From NCBI RefSeq assembly GCF_009914755.1, contig NC_060925.1: DNA of 64,000 bases; one strand, written 5' to 3'. The stretch's first letter is position 1; the number at the start of each line of letters is the position of its first letter. Position numbers and translations under genes: made by a program. The DNA is from the human T2T-CHM13v2.0 reference genome, Homo sapiens. Below the pieces are notes generated by a model that did not search any database, was not told where the DNA came from, and saw nothing but the letters and a program-made list of their open reading frames with translations. Below are positions 13,796 through 28,454 of the stretch, piece by piece.

Positions 13796-14766
13796 TACTG
13801 TGCTGGACCTCTCTTGACTCAAGAATGGCACCATGCCTAAGAAGCCAAAGAAGAGACTAGGAGCCAGTGAACAAGACATAGGTGCTGCAGGGTGAACTCC
13901 AAAATAGGGGCTCAGCCCAGGAGGCCAAATAGATTCTCGGCTTTGCGCAGAAAAGAATTCAAATGTGAGCTGACAGTGTAAAATGAAAGCAAGTTTATTT
14001 AAAAGTAAAAGAATCAAAAGGTGGCTATCTCATAGGCAGAGTAGCAGCATGGGCTGCTTGAGTGACTATATTTATAGTTATTTCTTTATTGTATGCTAAG
14101 CAAAGGGTGGATTATTCATGAGTTTTCTTGGAAAGAGGTGGGAGCTCCCAGAACTGAGGATTCTTCTGTCTTTCAGACTATACAGGGTAACTTCTGGACA
14201 TTACCACAGCATTTGTAAACTCTCATGGCACTGGTGGGAGAGTCTTTTAGCATGCTAATATGTTATAATTGGCATATAATGAGCAGTGAGGATAACCAGA
14301 AGTTGCTTTTCTTGCCATCTTGGTTTGGCGAGTTTTGACCAGCTTCTTTACTGCATCCTGTTTTACCAGTGGGGTCTTTGTGATTTGTATCTTGTGAAAT
14401 ACGTCCTGCCAAATTCCTATTTCTTAGGGTTTATTGGAGGCTTACATACAAGGCAGTCTAGGATTGCGGGCTGGACAGGAAAACCATTACCATTTGTAAA
14501 AAGTATACAGTTTATATCTCATTTTTACTTAGCACCCTCCACCTAGCAACCTACCTTTAGCCCAAAACAAAGGATCTTGATCTCCTGTACAGCCTGTGTT
14601 CCAAAGAATGGGCCAGGTCAGATGTCCTTCATAGATAAGGAATGAATCTCTGGGTTGACACTCCTGGATTTCTTAGCTCAGAACTCTGAATACACATTCT
14701 TCTTAGACCTTAGGGTCTTTTTCAGGGTACATTTGAGTTATTGCTGTCAGGTGTGTCTGCTATACA
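13796..14766 (-). mobile_element. ERV1 (MER4-group) solo LTR, subfamily uncertain; host of nested MER51
   Basis: TSD gttac/gctac; halves rejoin at 'gacatagg|gtttattgg'; AATAAA on minus strand. Confidence 0.7.
13883..14424 (-). mobile_element. MER51-family solo LTR
   Basis: 'gaaagcaagtttatt', 'gtggattattcatgagtttt', 'gagcagtgagga'; homologous to the LTR at 15625. Confidence 0.8.
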
Positions 14767-15101
14767 GCTACCTCATCTGTGAAATGGGTAAGATAGTAGT
14801 ATCTCATTGGTTTATTGTAGGATTAAATAAAACAATGCATGTAAAGCTCTTAAAACTGTGTATATCACATAGTAAACCCTCAATAAAAGTTTCATCATAA
14901 TGATGATGAAAAAGCATGCTCTAATTTCTCATATTCTAAAAAGCAACATACATGCAATCTAACAAAATACTCTTATTTTTGTTTCCTCTTCTTTTAATAT
15001 ACAGGCTTACAAGAGTATTTTATTACCATTTTCACCTGCTATTTATTCCTTAGTTTCTGTCCCTGCCATTCTCCAAGATATGCTCCCACCAGTAATACCA
15101 G

Positions 15102-15430
15102 TGTGGAGGCCATAAGCTCTTGACCCCCTGAAGTTTCACCAAAAAAAATCACTGATATGAAGCAGGTTGGTTCTGATCCTCAGAAAGAATAGAAGGTAAA
15201 TATTTCTTTTTAGACTTTTAAAGGTATCAGTCTCTCAATCTCTTCTGGATCCCAGGAAGGCACAGAAAGGGAAGGCATGGTTGCATTAATGGAGATTCTC
15301 AACAGATGCAAATTTTCTCCACAAAGGACAGCTTTGCAAGGACACTTCTGTTTCACCAGCTCTGTGGTAGCCATTCAAAATATGTCAAAGAAGTATATTT
15401 TGGGTTAAAATATTTTTATTTTCTTCTCCT
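15102..15430 (-). mobile_element. MER34/MER39-like ERV1 LTR, internally deleted
   Basis: Terminal motif 'caaaatatgtcaaagaagtatattttgggttaaaatatttt'. Confidence 0.65.
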
Positions 15431-15624
15431 GCAATACGTCTTTCTTTAGACCGATAAGATGAAGTCTGTTCAGGCCTTATGTGATGAAACACCTCTGAAA
15501 TAACTAGACCTGATGATCTTTCCCTCCTTGAAACTATTTCCTTGATGTGGTAGATTACAACATTGCTGCTAATTCTTTCCACTTTCCTTGAATTACAATT
15601 ATATATCTGAGCACTCTATCGTGT

Positions 15625-16135
15625 TGTTACTGGAAAGGGGTCCCCATTCAGACCCCAACAGAGGGTTCTTGGCTCTCCCACAAGAAAGAATTCTAGGTGA
15701 ATCCATAAAGTGAAAGTAAGTTTATTAGAGAAGTAAATAAACAAATGTTCTGGGAAATTCCCAGAACTGAGAGTTCTTCCCATTTTAGCCCATACAGAGT
15801 AAATTTCTGACATTGCCATGGCATTTGTAAACTTCCATGGTGCTGGATGGGAGTGTATTTTAGCATGATAATGCAATATTATTAGCATATATTGAGCAGT
15901 GAGGATGAGCAGAGGTTACTTTCATTGCTATCTTGGTTCTGTTGCGTCCTGGCTGGCTTCTTTACCACATCCTTCTACCAGCAAAGTCCTTGTGACCTGT
16001 ACCTTGTGCTGACCTCCTGTCTCACCCTGTGACTTAGAAAGCCTAACCTCCTGGGAATGCAGCCCAGTGGTCTCAGCCTTACTTTACCCAGCCCCTATTC
16101 AAGATGGAGTCACTCTGATTCAAACATCTCTGATA
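15625..16135 (-). mobile_element. MER51A/B LTR (3' LTR of provirus)
   Basis: 'tgttactggaaaggggtcc' ... 'caagatggagtcactctgattcaaacatctctgata'; purine-rich PPT-like tract adjacent on minus strand. Confidence 0.9.
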
Positions 16136-16839
16136 TATATATCCCTCCTCCCTTTTAGAAGGAACCTTTAATCCTAAAGCTTATAGAGGGACAAAGATCA
16201 ATCTTCTGTAACTTCTTCAGGCTGAATAGGGGCGATGATATTCCCACCTAACTATTAAGGTCTCTTGTATTTGGAGTAGAGAGGAGCTCAGTCAGAGAGT
16301 GTCAGTATGTTGAGGGCCACTCATAACTCTTGAGTTCCAACAGATGATATCTGGAAGATCAATAAGTGTTCAATTTAAGAAAACATTCAATAAGCTAATA
16401 CTGCATTTCTATACAAAGAGTGCAACAGTAATATATTCCATAACAGTAAAGCAAATTAAGCAAAATTATCCCAGGTAAACTAAATAAGAAGGCTTTTCAT
16501 GAACTGGGAAATTGTTGGAACCAACCTGATATGGGGTCACTAGCTGATTCCAATATGTATTCAGAATTAGACTATTGATCCAGATTTTTACAGTATCCAT
16601 CCCTCTTTTTTCTTCTGAACAGCAGCCAGAGATCACTGGTTGGTTCACAAGAATAAGCAGAGTTAATCTAAATTTCAGAAAGAATCTTAAAAACAACTTT
16701 TGAGATTAGAATCTAATAACAGGTGTACTATAATTTTTGAAACATAATCTTTTTCTCTCTTCAGTCTTTCATTTTTAGTAAAGACAAATCATGGTAGTAC
16801 CAATTTGCTTTATTATACTTGGCATGATTATTTGTATAA

Positions 16840-17186
<347 letters not shown>

Positions 17187-20013
17187 CACATAGGCTTTTT
17201 AATTGGCTTTGATGGAACTTTTGTTTCATAAAAGGAATCTCAGATAATTTTTTTTAAAGCCAAGCCCAACCATGGGTTTTACCATCAAATACCTATGAGT
17301 TGAGTAAACTTTTTTCCTGTTGAGGTCCCAAGATAACATGGGGTTCCTGGGCCTGTGAGAAAGTGATACTTTTTACTTATCACATGTCAGGAACCCTGTA
17401 CAGGGACTGTGTAGACAAGGTATGAGGCCAGTTTTCCCAAGGGGATTTAATTGGCTGTATAAGTCAAGTTTGACTTATTAGAGGAAAGCATGCCATTCCA
17501 GTCAAACCTTGGTAAAATAACCAGTGTCTCCAATTGTGTCTTGTTACAAAAGAAAACAGATTCTTATTACACTTATGCAAATAACTATAGTGCCATAAGT
17601 TAAGAATACTCATTAATAGTTTCCAAATTCTGGAGAAATCAGGAAGAGAGAAATAAGTAAATATGCTCCAAATTTTGTTCACAAGAGTATACTTTACTCA
17701 ATTGTTAAAAGCTGTCAGTAGCTCAAAAGTTTCTTTGACTCTGAAAAATAAAACAAAAGATTAGCAACTTTTTAAGCAAAGAAGCCAAAAGGATTACTTC
17801 AGTCTTCTATTAGTTCAGTCCATGCAGTTAACCTCTGTTCTGCTTGATATTCATGAAAATTCCAGCTCTCTATGAGAGTCCTGAAAGTTTTTTCCGCTAT
17901 TCTAATGTGACAGTCTCCAAAGTTATCAGAAACCTGCATTTAAGAGCACCTATTAGAGTTCTATAGTTGATTAGAAAACCATCTTCTCATGAGGATCAAA
18001 ACAAGACAAGAATTGTCCATGGATGACAAATTAAGGAAGCCTCTGTTAAAAACACAACTGAGTAGAATTTTGGTTATTTTTGTGGCATACAACAATTTTA
18101 CATAACAATTATAAGTATAAATAACCTATGCAAAGCCATATCAGAATTATAGTAGTTTCCCATAATTTTGCAACACATACCAATAACACATTTATACAAA
18201 TACAGTCTAAGGAAAGTTGAACACCATTTCCTGTTTGACAATGTTTCCTGTATGATTTTTATATAAAATAAGCCAAATGTGATTTTTGAACTTTAAGGGA
18301 CCTAATATCTAAAAGATTAATTAAGTCAGAAAAAGATGTAATTTATAATTTAATTTTGGAAAGTTTGTCAAATATCAAAGGTTTGAAACACTTGATATTA
18401 TAAAATTAAATCCCAAGTCACCATAATTCATTCATTTAGCCAAAATGATAACTCAAACATTTTTAAAAAGGCAAAAACCTTTACTCATTAAGAGGGCAGA
18501 CTTAGTTTTCCAAATCATCTGTCTTTTGTCTTTCCCTTTTTTTTCCCTATAGTTTATTCAAAAGGCAAACAAAAAATCTTTCATTTTAAAAAATATTACA
18601 TGAAAATCTTTTTCAAGAGAGAAGACAAATTTTATCTTTTATAATAGTGTACTATTACTGTCAACCCCAATTGTTAAAAAAACGTTATAGGCAAATCTAC
18701 TCAATTTTAATGTCTGACCATAAGGTAAGATTCTCATAAAACTTTTATAACCCTTTACAAATTTTTGTTAAAGAGCAAATCAGTGCTCTAGAAAACACTT
18801 GTGTTTTCATTCCAATGCTCAATTTACAAAAACAAAAACAAAACAAAAACAAAATGAATAATACCCCTTTAATTTAGTCAATATGTTTACAAATAGAAAT
18901 TTTTTTACAAGATTAACTTTTCACAAACCCTCTTTAACTTGTCCATTCAGCTTTATCCTATCTAACTTAAATAATCTTTTAACCCCCTGAGCTTGCCAAA
19001 AAAATCTACATTCTTATCCCTTCTTATAATCTTTTACCAAAAACACATTTCACTTTCTTTACACACCTTGCATGTAAAATTGTTTTTACTTCCCAAAGAT
19101 TACTTAAGTCATGTGAACTAAAAGGCATTACACTTTTCACTTTTCTGACAAAGTATTTGATTTAAGCTTTTGTTTCTTTTAAGCCAATTCATTAGAGCTC
19201 TTTTATGTATAAACATTACAAACACAACACATATAAATAGGCAGAAGAAGATCCAGTAGTTGTAAGATTTTTCATTTGTCAGTGTTTCTCTTTAAAGCAT
19301 ACAGGTTTTAGGGCCTAATAAGTAGGTACATCTGGAAGGCAAAACAAATCCCCTCAAATTAAGGGTCCATTTTTATACCAGATCCTGGATCCCCCCAAAA
19401 AGAGAAACACTATGGAACAAGACAGTACAATGACTTTTACCATCCATTTCATTGCAAAGCAACCCAAAGCAAATCAGCCTATTCTGTGATTAGCTCACTT
19501 TTGATGGGAGTTTTATCCTCAGTGGAGGGTGGTGATATCTCCATACCTTCCGGTGGCAAAGAGCATGCTTCTCTGAGCCACATGTGAAAAGAGCCAAGTA
19601 TCCCCCCGTAACTGCCAACAGCCATTGCTAAAAGTATATTTCCTACCTAGTTAGTTTTTACACACCAAAGTTCTCTCATAATGCAAAATAGTTTCTGATA
19701 CTCCCAAAAGTAAAAAATGTAAGATAATGCAATGCAAAACAGAACAGAGCCTTAGATTTTGAGAGGGATTTATCCACTTTTAATTTCTTGAGTTCCATGA
19801 GGAAAACAGAGGTTTTTCCCAACATGGGGTCTGTGGCATCTCCTCTGTTTTTCTCAAGGAATCCCAGGCTGTTAGAGCTTGAATACTGGCTTTTAATTAA
19901 GCTGACTTTTAACTGTAGTGCTCTTTAAAAAATTTGTAAACTTATTTTAAACTTCTATTACCTGACTTTACCCATGGCAAATGGTCCATATTTCTGGTTC
20001 TAAACTTTGCCAT

Positions 20014-20408
<395 letters not shown>

Positions 20409-21444
20409 TCACCTAGGGCAGCTAATTTTGAGCTTGCAAAGGCTTTTAACTGCTTGAGATAATTTTTAGGGCTAGCTGATGTGAGCCCCAAGATTCCTAT
20501 TCCTTGGAAGGTGGACACCAAGAGAAAGTACCATCATATGGTTACAAGGTCGAGCTCTCTAGAATATTTTTCATCATGTGGTCTCTGGGAAAGATGAAAG
20601 AGCAGACAGTTGCCCTGAGTAACAGAAAAGATAGAAAAGGGAAAAGAGAGAAAGTGAGAAAAGCATTGCCTGCAGCAGGGTGGGGAAGGTAGCAAAGCTC
20701 AGGGAGGCCAGGGAAATACCCACCCATTGCAGTGGCACTGAATCATAAGTTCGGGCAGTTGCTTTTTGGTAGCAAAGAGATCTTTTCCAGCAGTCCCATC
20801 AGCTCTCAAGCTTCCCCTTTTGGGAAGAAAAACTCCCCATGTTTCATGTTCCTGTATATGCCTAATCCTTGTCTCCCACAGCCATTAGTAGAGTGCAAGG
20901 CTGATTGATCCAAAGAGAAGAGCAGTTAACACCCCATAGTGCCAAACTCATACTTAGTCAAGAGAAACTTTACTGTCCTTTGTCTTTCCATAACCCTCTA
21001 AATCTTAGGCCTCTAACCCCCTAAATCCTAGGAATGTTTCTAACCTTCCTATGTTGGGCCTTGAACCCAAGTTTGGTCAAGCATCGGTTGGGACATCTGA
21101 CTTGCTTTGTCCAGTGAAATGTTGGCAGTGGATATGTGCCAGTTTCAAGCTAAGGTCTTACAAGGCAATATGTGCTGCTACTTACACCCTTGAGTTCCTG
21201 TGATCCACAATGTAAAAAGCATTTTAGAAGTAGCTGCTGACCCTACAGCCTGAAGCCCAGAGTGAAGACATGAGGAGCAGACCTGAAACCAGCAGGAAGG
21301 CTGAGTTCAGCTTGGTACAGCAGGTGCAGTCTACCTGGATCAACTGATGTGCAACCAACCTGACGACTCCTGAGCATAAAACTAAATTTGTTTTGGTGTA
21401 AGATTTTGATTGAATAACAGCAAAGCAACTCCAATAAATATTCC

Positions 21445-22540
<1,096 letters not shown>

Positions 22541-22919
22541 TTAATTTTATTTTTGGTCAAATGGCACTATCATTCTTCCAATTATCCATTCCAGAATTCT
22601 GAGAGTCATCATTATATTCTTACTCTTCTTCTCTTTCATTACTCCCCACTATTTGATTGGGGGATAATGCTTGGCAGTCAGTGTGTCTCAGGTTCTAGAA
22701 TATTACATTTATCCCAGTGAGTTAAATAGCATGTACTTTTCGTTTAGCTTTTTTTTTTCTGGTTGAACTTCAAGGGGTATAAACAAGGAATACTATGAGA
22801 GACCTGATACTAAGTGAAAAAAAAAATAGCTAAGATTGTAAATGACCTCTATTTTACGGAAATATTAGTAATCTTGGCCACTATACATATTTTGGTGGCA
22901 CTTCTTCAGGAAGCACTGG

Positions 22920-23280
22920 GGGTCAAATAGAAAAGGTTAATGTGGCCTTATGGTAGGGAAGAGCAAAGTGAGGAAAGATGAAAAAGAAGGAAAATCCCTC
23001 CGTTTCCAGGGATCTGATTATGTTGCAATATTTGAAGGGTAAAAGGACCCTGTTGTTTTGTTTCGTTTTGCTTTGTTTCTGGGATGGTAAGTGGCAGGCA
23101 GAATTTAAAATAAAGACTAATGGCAACCGTCATGTCATGATGACTTCAAGTAATCATTGAAAAGATAGCATTGAGGAAAAGTCTAATCATTTTATGGGCA
23201 GGAGTCTTGAATGAGAATAAACAACTCTTCCTTAATTGACATCATTACATTACTCACCACCCTAAGGCAACAGGTAAGCA
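22920..23280 (+). promoter_or_regulatory. Candidate enhancer/promoter motif cluster followed by strong + strand splice donors
   Basis: kB site GGAAAATCCC 22989-98; C/EBP half-site TTGCAAT 23023-29; RFX half-site ATGGCAAC; CRE-like TGACTTCA 23141-48; donors ATG|gtaagt (~23086) and CAG|gtaagc (23273). Confidence 0.3.
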
Positions 23281-24269
23281 AGCCTTAAATTGTCAGTTGC
23301 TTTCATTTATTTCATTTGCTTTTGTTAATTTCTTTGGTGCATAATTCACCCAGTGGCAGTAAAGAGAATAATTTTTTTAGTTTTGTTTGTTCTGTTTAAG
23401 TGGCAGACCTCAGGACTGACACTTTATAATAAAGACTATTGTAATGCCATTGTGTTCTTACTTGTGTTTTCATTTTCTTACTAAGGCTGGGAGAAAGCAA
23501 CTGCTCCCTTTGTGTTTTCCTTTGCCTTTTGAAGTGATATTTATTTTTGAATTTCCTAAGAGATATTAATTTTAGGCAGCAAGACTGGTTCTCTATGAAT
23601 GTGAAATTTATGACAGATACGTTACTTTTTAAAATTATTGTTTATGTATTATCTTCTTGTTATTTCTTATACTCTCTTCAGTACCTCCGTTTTTTAAATT
23701 TTTACCCAACATATGCCATCTTTCCTCTGGCTTGTGGGGATTTTTTTATTCTAATGCCACCTGATGTTCAGGTCACTTCAGTTTCAATTATTATAGTTTT
23801 TCTTACTTTTTCTAAACCCAGCTATTAGAAATATGCTCTGCCCTGACCCATTACGCCCAACTCTTCTCATTTCTGAAACATTTCGCTAAGGTTCTTCCAC
23901 CTTGCCTGTGTGAAATTCTAACCCTTTTCCTGCAAAATAACCAGAAACCTTCAGCTCTTGTAACTGTCATCCTCCTCTTATCCTCAGCTCTCCTGGTCCT
24001 GCCACATTCTCTTTATGTCCCAATTATCTTTTGCCCTCCTTTTTGGATCTCACTTCTTGCTACTTCTCAGGAGTGGAACAGTTCCTCAATATGGTAACTA
24101 TCCTTCTTGATCTCTTCCAAATGTCTCCTGAATTTGACTTCCTCTTGGCACCGGCCTTTATTATTTCCAAGAGCACAGTCTCTGTGATATGCCTTTTGAG
24201 TCTTTCTTTCTAGCAAAGATTTTACACTCTACTTATGAAAATACAATAAGACATCGAAGAATAAAAAGA

Positions 24270-24450
24270 ATGGCTAATATTTATGAAGCTTTTATTATGT
24301 ATCGGGCCCTAATCTCAGTGCATTATCTCATTTAATCCCCGCAAAAGTCCTGTGAAGTGGGCATGGTATTATTTCTATTCGTGTTATGACAAAACTGAGT
24401 TACAAAGAGGTTAAGTAACTCGCCCAATGACACATGGCAAAAGGTGGAGT
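24270..24450 (-). mobile_element. MIR
   Basis: 'cattatctcatttaatcc', 'agaggttaagtaactcgcccaatgacacatggc'. Confidence 0.8.
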
Positions 24451-25323
24451 GAAAAGAACAACTTTACTTCAGAAACAATTTTAGTTATAATGATCATAAA
24501 TAGAATATGTGAAATGAACATTCAGAAAAATTAAATTTATTAGGTATCATTTGAACTACATAGAGTATTTATATGGGAGACAGGCAGGGGTAGTGTAAGT
24601 CCTTCAGTTTGGAGAAGAATGAGAAAATATATCAGTTTGTAAGGCAAACTTGACCTAATTGCATAAGCATTTTTGATAAGAACTACACAACTGTGGAGTA
24701 GAGTCGGATGATGATGTCCAAGTCCTGCCACGAGACCTCTGAGATCAGGGCCCGGGTTGAGATCTTTAGGGCACCTAAGCACTGCGGAGATCATTGTAAC
24801 CATCTCTTTATGTGATTATTATTTCTAAATAATAGTTATAAAATTGATCTAAGAAATTTTTTTTAATCTCATTTTTTCCATGATGACTATTTTTTTTTAA
24901 TCCTATTCTGGTAAAAAATAAATGCCTACTGTTTTGGTGTCCCTGTGTCAAGTAATGCCTTAAACATGTTTTTGGTCATACTATTAAGTAACTCATTACT
25001 GTATGAACAGCATAAAAATAGTGAATCATGCAAAGCAAAACTGCTATTCTTAGTAAGTCATGAATCCAACAACAATGTGATTTTCTGGAAATTCTGGCCA
25101 GATTGGATAGATTGAAGTCAGTTTCAGAGGAAGGTGATATTTCTTTATCTTGGACTCCACTTTGGTCCATTACTTTTCCTAAAACAAAGAACGCCTCAAA
25201 AACAGGAGCAACTCCTGGTCTCCTTTACAGGTTTAGCCTCCAGGGGTTTTCACAGAGACAGACTAGAAAACCATGTGGTCCATGAGACAGACAAGGAGCA
25301 GACTCAAAAGACACTCTCTAGAC

Positions 25324-25528
25324 CAGGGGTATTCAATCTTTTGGCTTCCTTGGGTCACATTGAAAGAATTGTCTGGGCTACACATAAAATACAATAATAC
25401 TAATAATGGCTGATGAAAAAAACAAACAACTCATAATGTTTTAAGAAAGTTTAATAATTTGTGTTGGCCCACTTTCAAAGCCATCCTGGGCCGCATGCAG
25501 CCTGTGGGCCATGTGTTGGACAAGCTCA
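25324..25528 (+). mobile_element. MER30 (hAT-Charlie)
   Basis: 'caggggtattcaatcttttggcttcc...ttggacaagctca'; 8-bp TSD ct(c/g)tagac. Confidence 0.92.
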
Positions 25529-25649
25529 CTGTAGACACACAGCTTCTTGTGAGTTTAAGAAGTTCTTAAACTTTTCTCTTGGCACACAAAAGTTTTAGTT
25601 TGTACAAGTGTGAAACACCTACTAGTGTCCTGACAATGACTCTGATCCA

Positions 25650-25680
25650 CACTAACATTTGTCCTCTTCACAGGTAAGCA
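25650..25680 (+). other. Candidate recursive splice site (branch point, Y-tract, AG|GT)
   Basis: cACTAACatttgtcctcttcaCAG|GTAAGc. Confidence 0.35.
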
Positions 25681-26469
25681 AGCCCAATAGGATAGACTTG
25701 CACATCTTCTGAAGAAAAGCATGCAAAACTTGGTTTGTGAACTCTTCGTGTGTGCCTAATCATTTTCTCAGAGAGAAGGAGCCTCAAATCTAAAAAGCAT
25801 TATAAACCATTGTCCTATTTTTTCAGCCATTCACCCTAAAAAAAAATAATTAGCTGCACTGAACTAAAGAAAAACTGCTCTGTCTTATTTTAATTTAGCT
25901 GGTGAGATAGATCATTCTGAAGTTCTGTCTCTTATCTCTTATTCAGAATCTGTCCTAGAGGCTCAAAATAGAGACAAGACTCAGGACTTCCGCAGGATGC
26001 ATTTTATCAGCTAAATGTTAATAAGAAAGAACTGTTTTTCTGTAGCTTAGTCCACCTAATTGTGTTTTCAGGGTGAATGACTGTAAATTTGAGGAAATGA
26101 TGTCCCTAAATTGTCTGTCTCCCCTCTTTGTACTGCTTCAAAGAATCAGATGAAGTAGTCTCCATTAAGCAGTAGAATTAAATTTAGGATAGTACACTGT
26201 TTTTTAGAAAAATCTAAACCTGTATTTAATTTTATTAACAAGGGACTTGGGGAACCTTGATATGAAGCTCTTTCCATATTATGAAGCAACTGCAATTTAT
26301 ACTAAATATGCTTATCATAAAGACCCAAGCTTCAATGAATTCTTCAAAACTTAGGTGCAATCAATTATTATAAATGATGTTCATAAGCTTGGAACTCATT
26401 TAATGCTCTCTATTGAGCTTGTTTCTCATAGCATGTAAGGTAGAAAATCTGTCACATGCAGTAAAATAT

Positions 26470-26830
26470 CATTCATTTATTCATTTCATTCACTTAATAA
26501 GAATCCTAATCAATGCAACTGATATTATTTGTTATCCTAATACATAATGTCAGAGTATGTTGCTATAGGGATTTAAGGATTTGTAAAATTAAAAAAAAAG
26601 TCTTTGTTATCAAGGAGTTTGTGATTTAATAGTCGTTTTAGTCAACCACATGCATTCCTCCTTTAAATGGAGGATGGATTAACATTTTTAGCACAAACAA
26701 GTGCTTCGAGGTTCAGAGGAATGTGAGATTACCTTTGAATGAAGGATCAAAGAATACTTTGTGAAGAATTTGAAAATTGAAGCCAGATAGAATTTAGACT
26801 GGTGGAGGTGGGTACAGGAATAGAATGATT
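26470..26830 (-). mobile_element. L2 3' fragment
   Basis: Antisense tail 'attcatttattcatttcattcac' followed by L2-like purine-rich body. Confidence 0.55.
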
Positions 26831-26999
26831 TTGTTCTATGTTAAAAAGCCTTTTTAAAATATCTTTTCTGCCTATGGAAGTGTGAAAATAGAATGTACTA
26901 TATTTTTACTATACATTCTCTTCTGTGTCTTGTTTTATAAACTTTACTGTATACCTCAGACTTAGTTCAAAATCAGTACATAGAAGAAGAGATTCAGCT

Positions 27000-27545
27000 T
27001 ATTGAAAGTTACATAAAATATATTTGGTTATCACTTTTTATACTATTGATATTTATTTTTAATTAGAACTATTTCATTTTTGTATTAAAATTTGTTGTAT
27101 AATTTATTTAACAAGTGCATAATTAATGACACTTAGATTATTATTATTTTTTACTAGTTAAAAAATCATTTGACCAGTCCCTCATGTGGAGAATTTAGAT
27201 TATTTCAAGTCATTTTTAGTATAAATACTATAACCATAGACATTGTTACCCACAGGTACAAGTGTAGGTGAAGATACATTTCTACATGGGAGAATTGCTG
27301 GGTCATGGGCTATGTACATTTAAATCTTGATAGATATAATCAAAGTCTACTCTACAATGTTCAATTTTTATTACCACAAAGAATGTTTGAGATTACTGGT
27401 TTCCCTATACAATCCCCTACACCAAGTATTACTAAACTTTGATATTTGTCTATTTGATGTGTGAACAGTGGTATTATATTGTAGTTATAATTTGTACTTT
27501 TTATTAAAAATGAGGTTGAAGATTTTTTCTTTTATTTGAAAGTTA
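27000..27545 (-). mobile_element. Old L1ME 3' region
   Basis: 'gaattgctgggtcatggg', 'aatgaggttgaagatttttt'. Confidence 0.6.
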
Positions 27546-27549
27546 CTGA

Positions 27550-28430
27550 TTGTGATTCCAGTAACAGCAGAAAAAACTTACTGAGGACAAACCTCCACTG
27601 AGAAAAACTGGAAATGTTGCTCTGTCTCTTCTCTCACCCTCTCACTTTTGCTCTTCATAAATATATAAAGAAAATGCAAAACTATGAAAGAAAAGTAAAT
27701 GGAAAAATCTAAGACCGAAAAACACAGTAACTCAAAATAAGATCTCGTAGAAAGATTCAACAGATTAGACAAATAATGCAACAAAAACAACCTGTGAGGA
27801 GATATGGCCAGGAATATTTGAAAAGTGATAGAGAGATGTAACCCCTGGTTCCCCACCTTCAATCCATAAAACACAAAGAAAACCATACCAGGGCACAACA
27901 AGGTAAAATTGCTGGAAGCCAAAGACAAAGAGAAAATCTTGAATAGCAGCCAGAGAAAAAGACTATTGCTTTTACTAGATAAATCATGCAGTTGACTTGT
28001 GATTTTTAGGAAAAGAAGCAGGAAGACATTCGAATGGCACTAAAAGTGATGAACAAAAACAAGTACTAATCTAGAATCCACTACTGTTTGAAAATATCCT
28101 TTATAAACAAAAAAACTAAGATATTTTAGGCAATCAAAAAAGAGAGTATTTTTCTACAAGCAGAACTATACCAAAGAATCATTAAAGGGAACTATTTATA
28201 TAGGAGGAAGTCATTTCAGATAAAGCATGAGAATGCTGGAAGAAAAATAAAGGTGATTTGAAAGAGTGAATATGTTGGTTATCCAAGTGAATATTGATTA
28301 CATAAAATAACAATAATGATAACCTGTAGGATTTTGAGATGTATAAAATTAACATGCTCATTAACGTCACAAAAGGAGAGAAGGGCATAAATAGAGTCAA
28401 TTATTCTAAGTTTCTTGCCTTCCATGTGTT
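27550..28430 (+). mobile_element. Old L1 5' UTR/ORF1 remnant
   Basis: ORF1 motif 'aaattgctggaagccaaagacaaagagaaaatcttgaatagcagccagagaaaaa'. Confidence 0.7.
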
Positions 28431-28454
28431 TTAATTTCTAGAATCTGAAAAATC

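Larger units (their letters stand above)
13755..14905 (+). mobile_element. MIR split by LTR insertion (13755-13795 and 14767-14905)
   Basis: Halves rejoin as 'ctgagtcccagttac|ctcatctgtgaaatggg', the MIR core. Confidence 0.75.

Noticed and set aside
24745-24970. Possible hAT-Tip100/MER91-like fragment
   Set aside because: Too diverged to support by eye.
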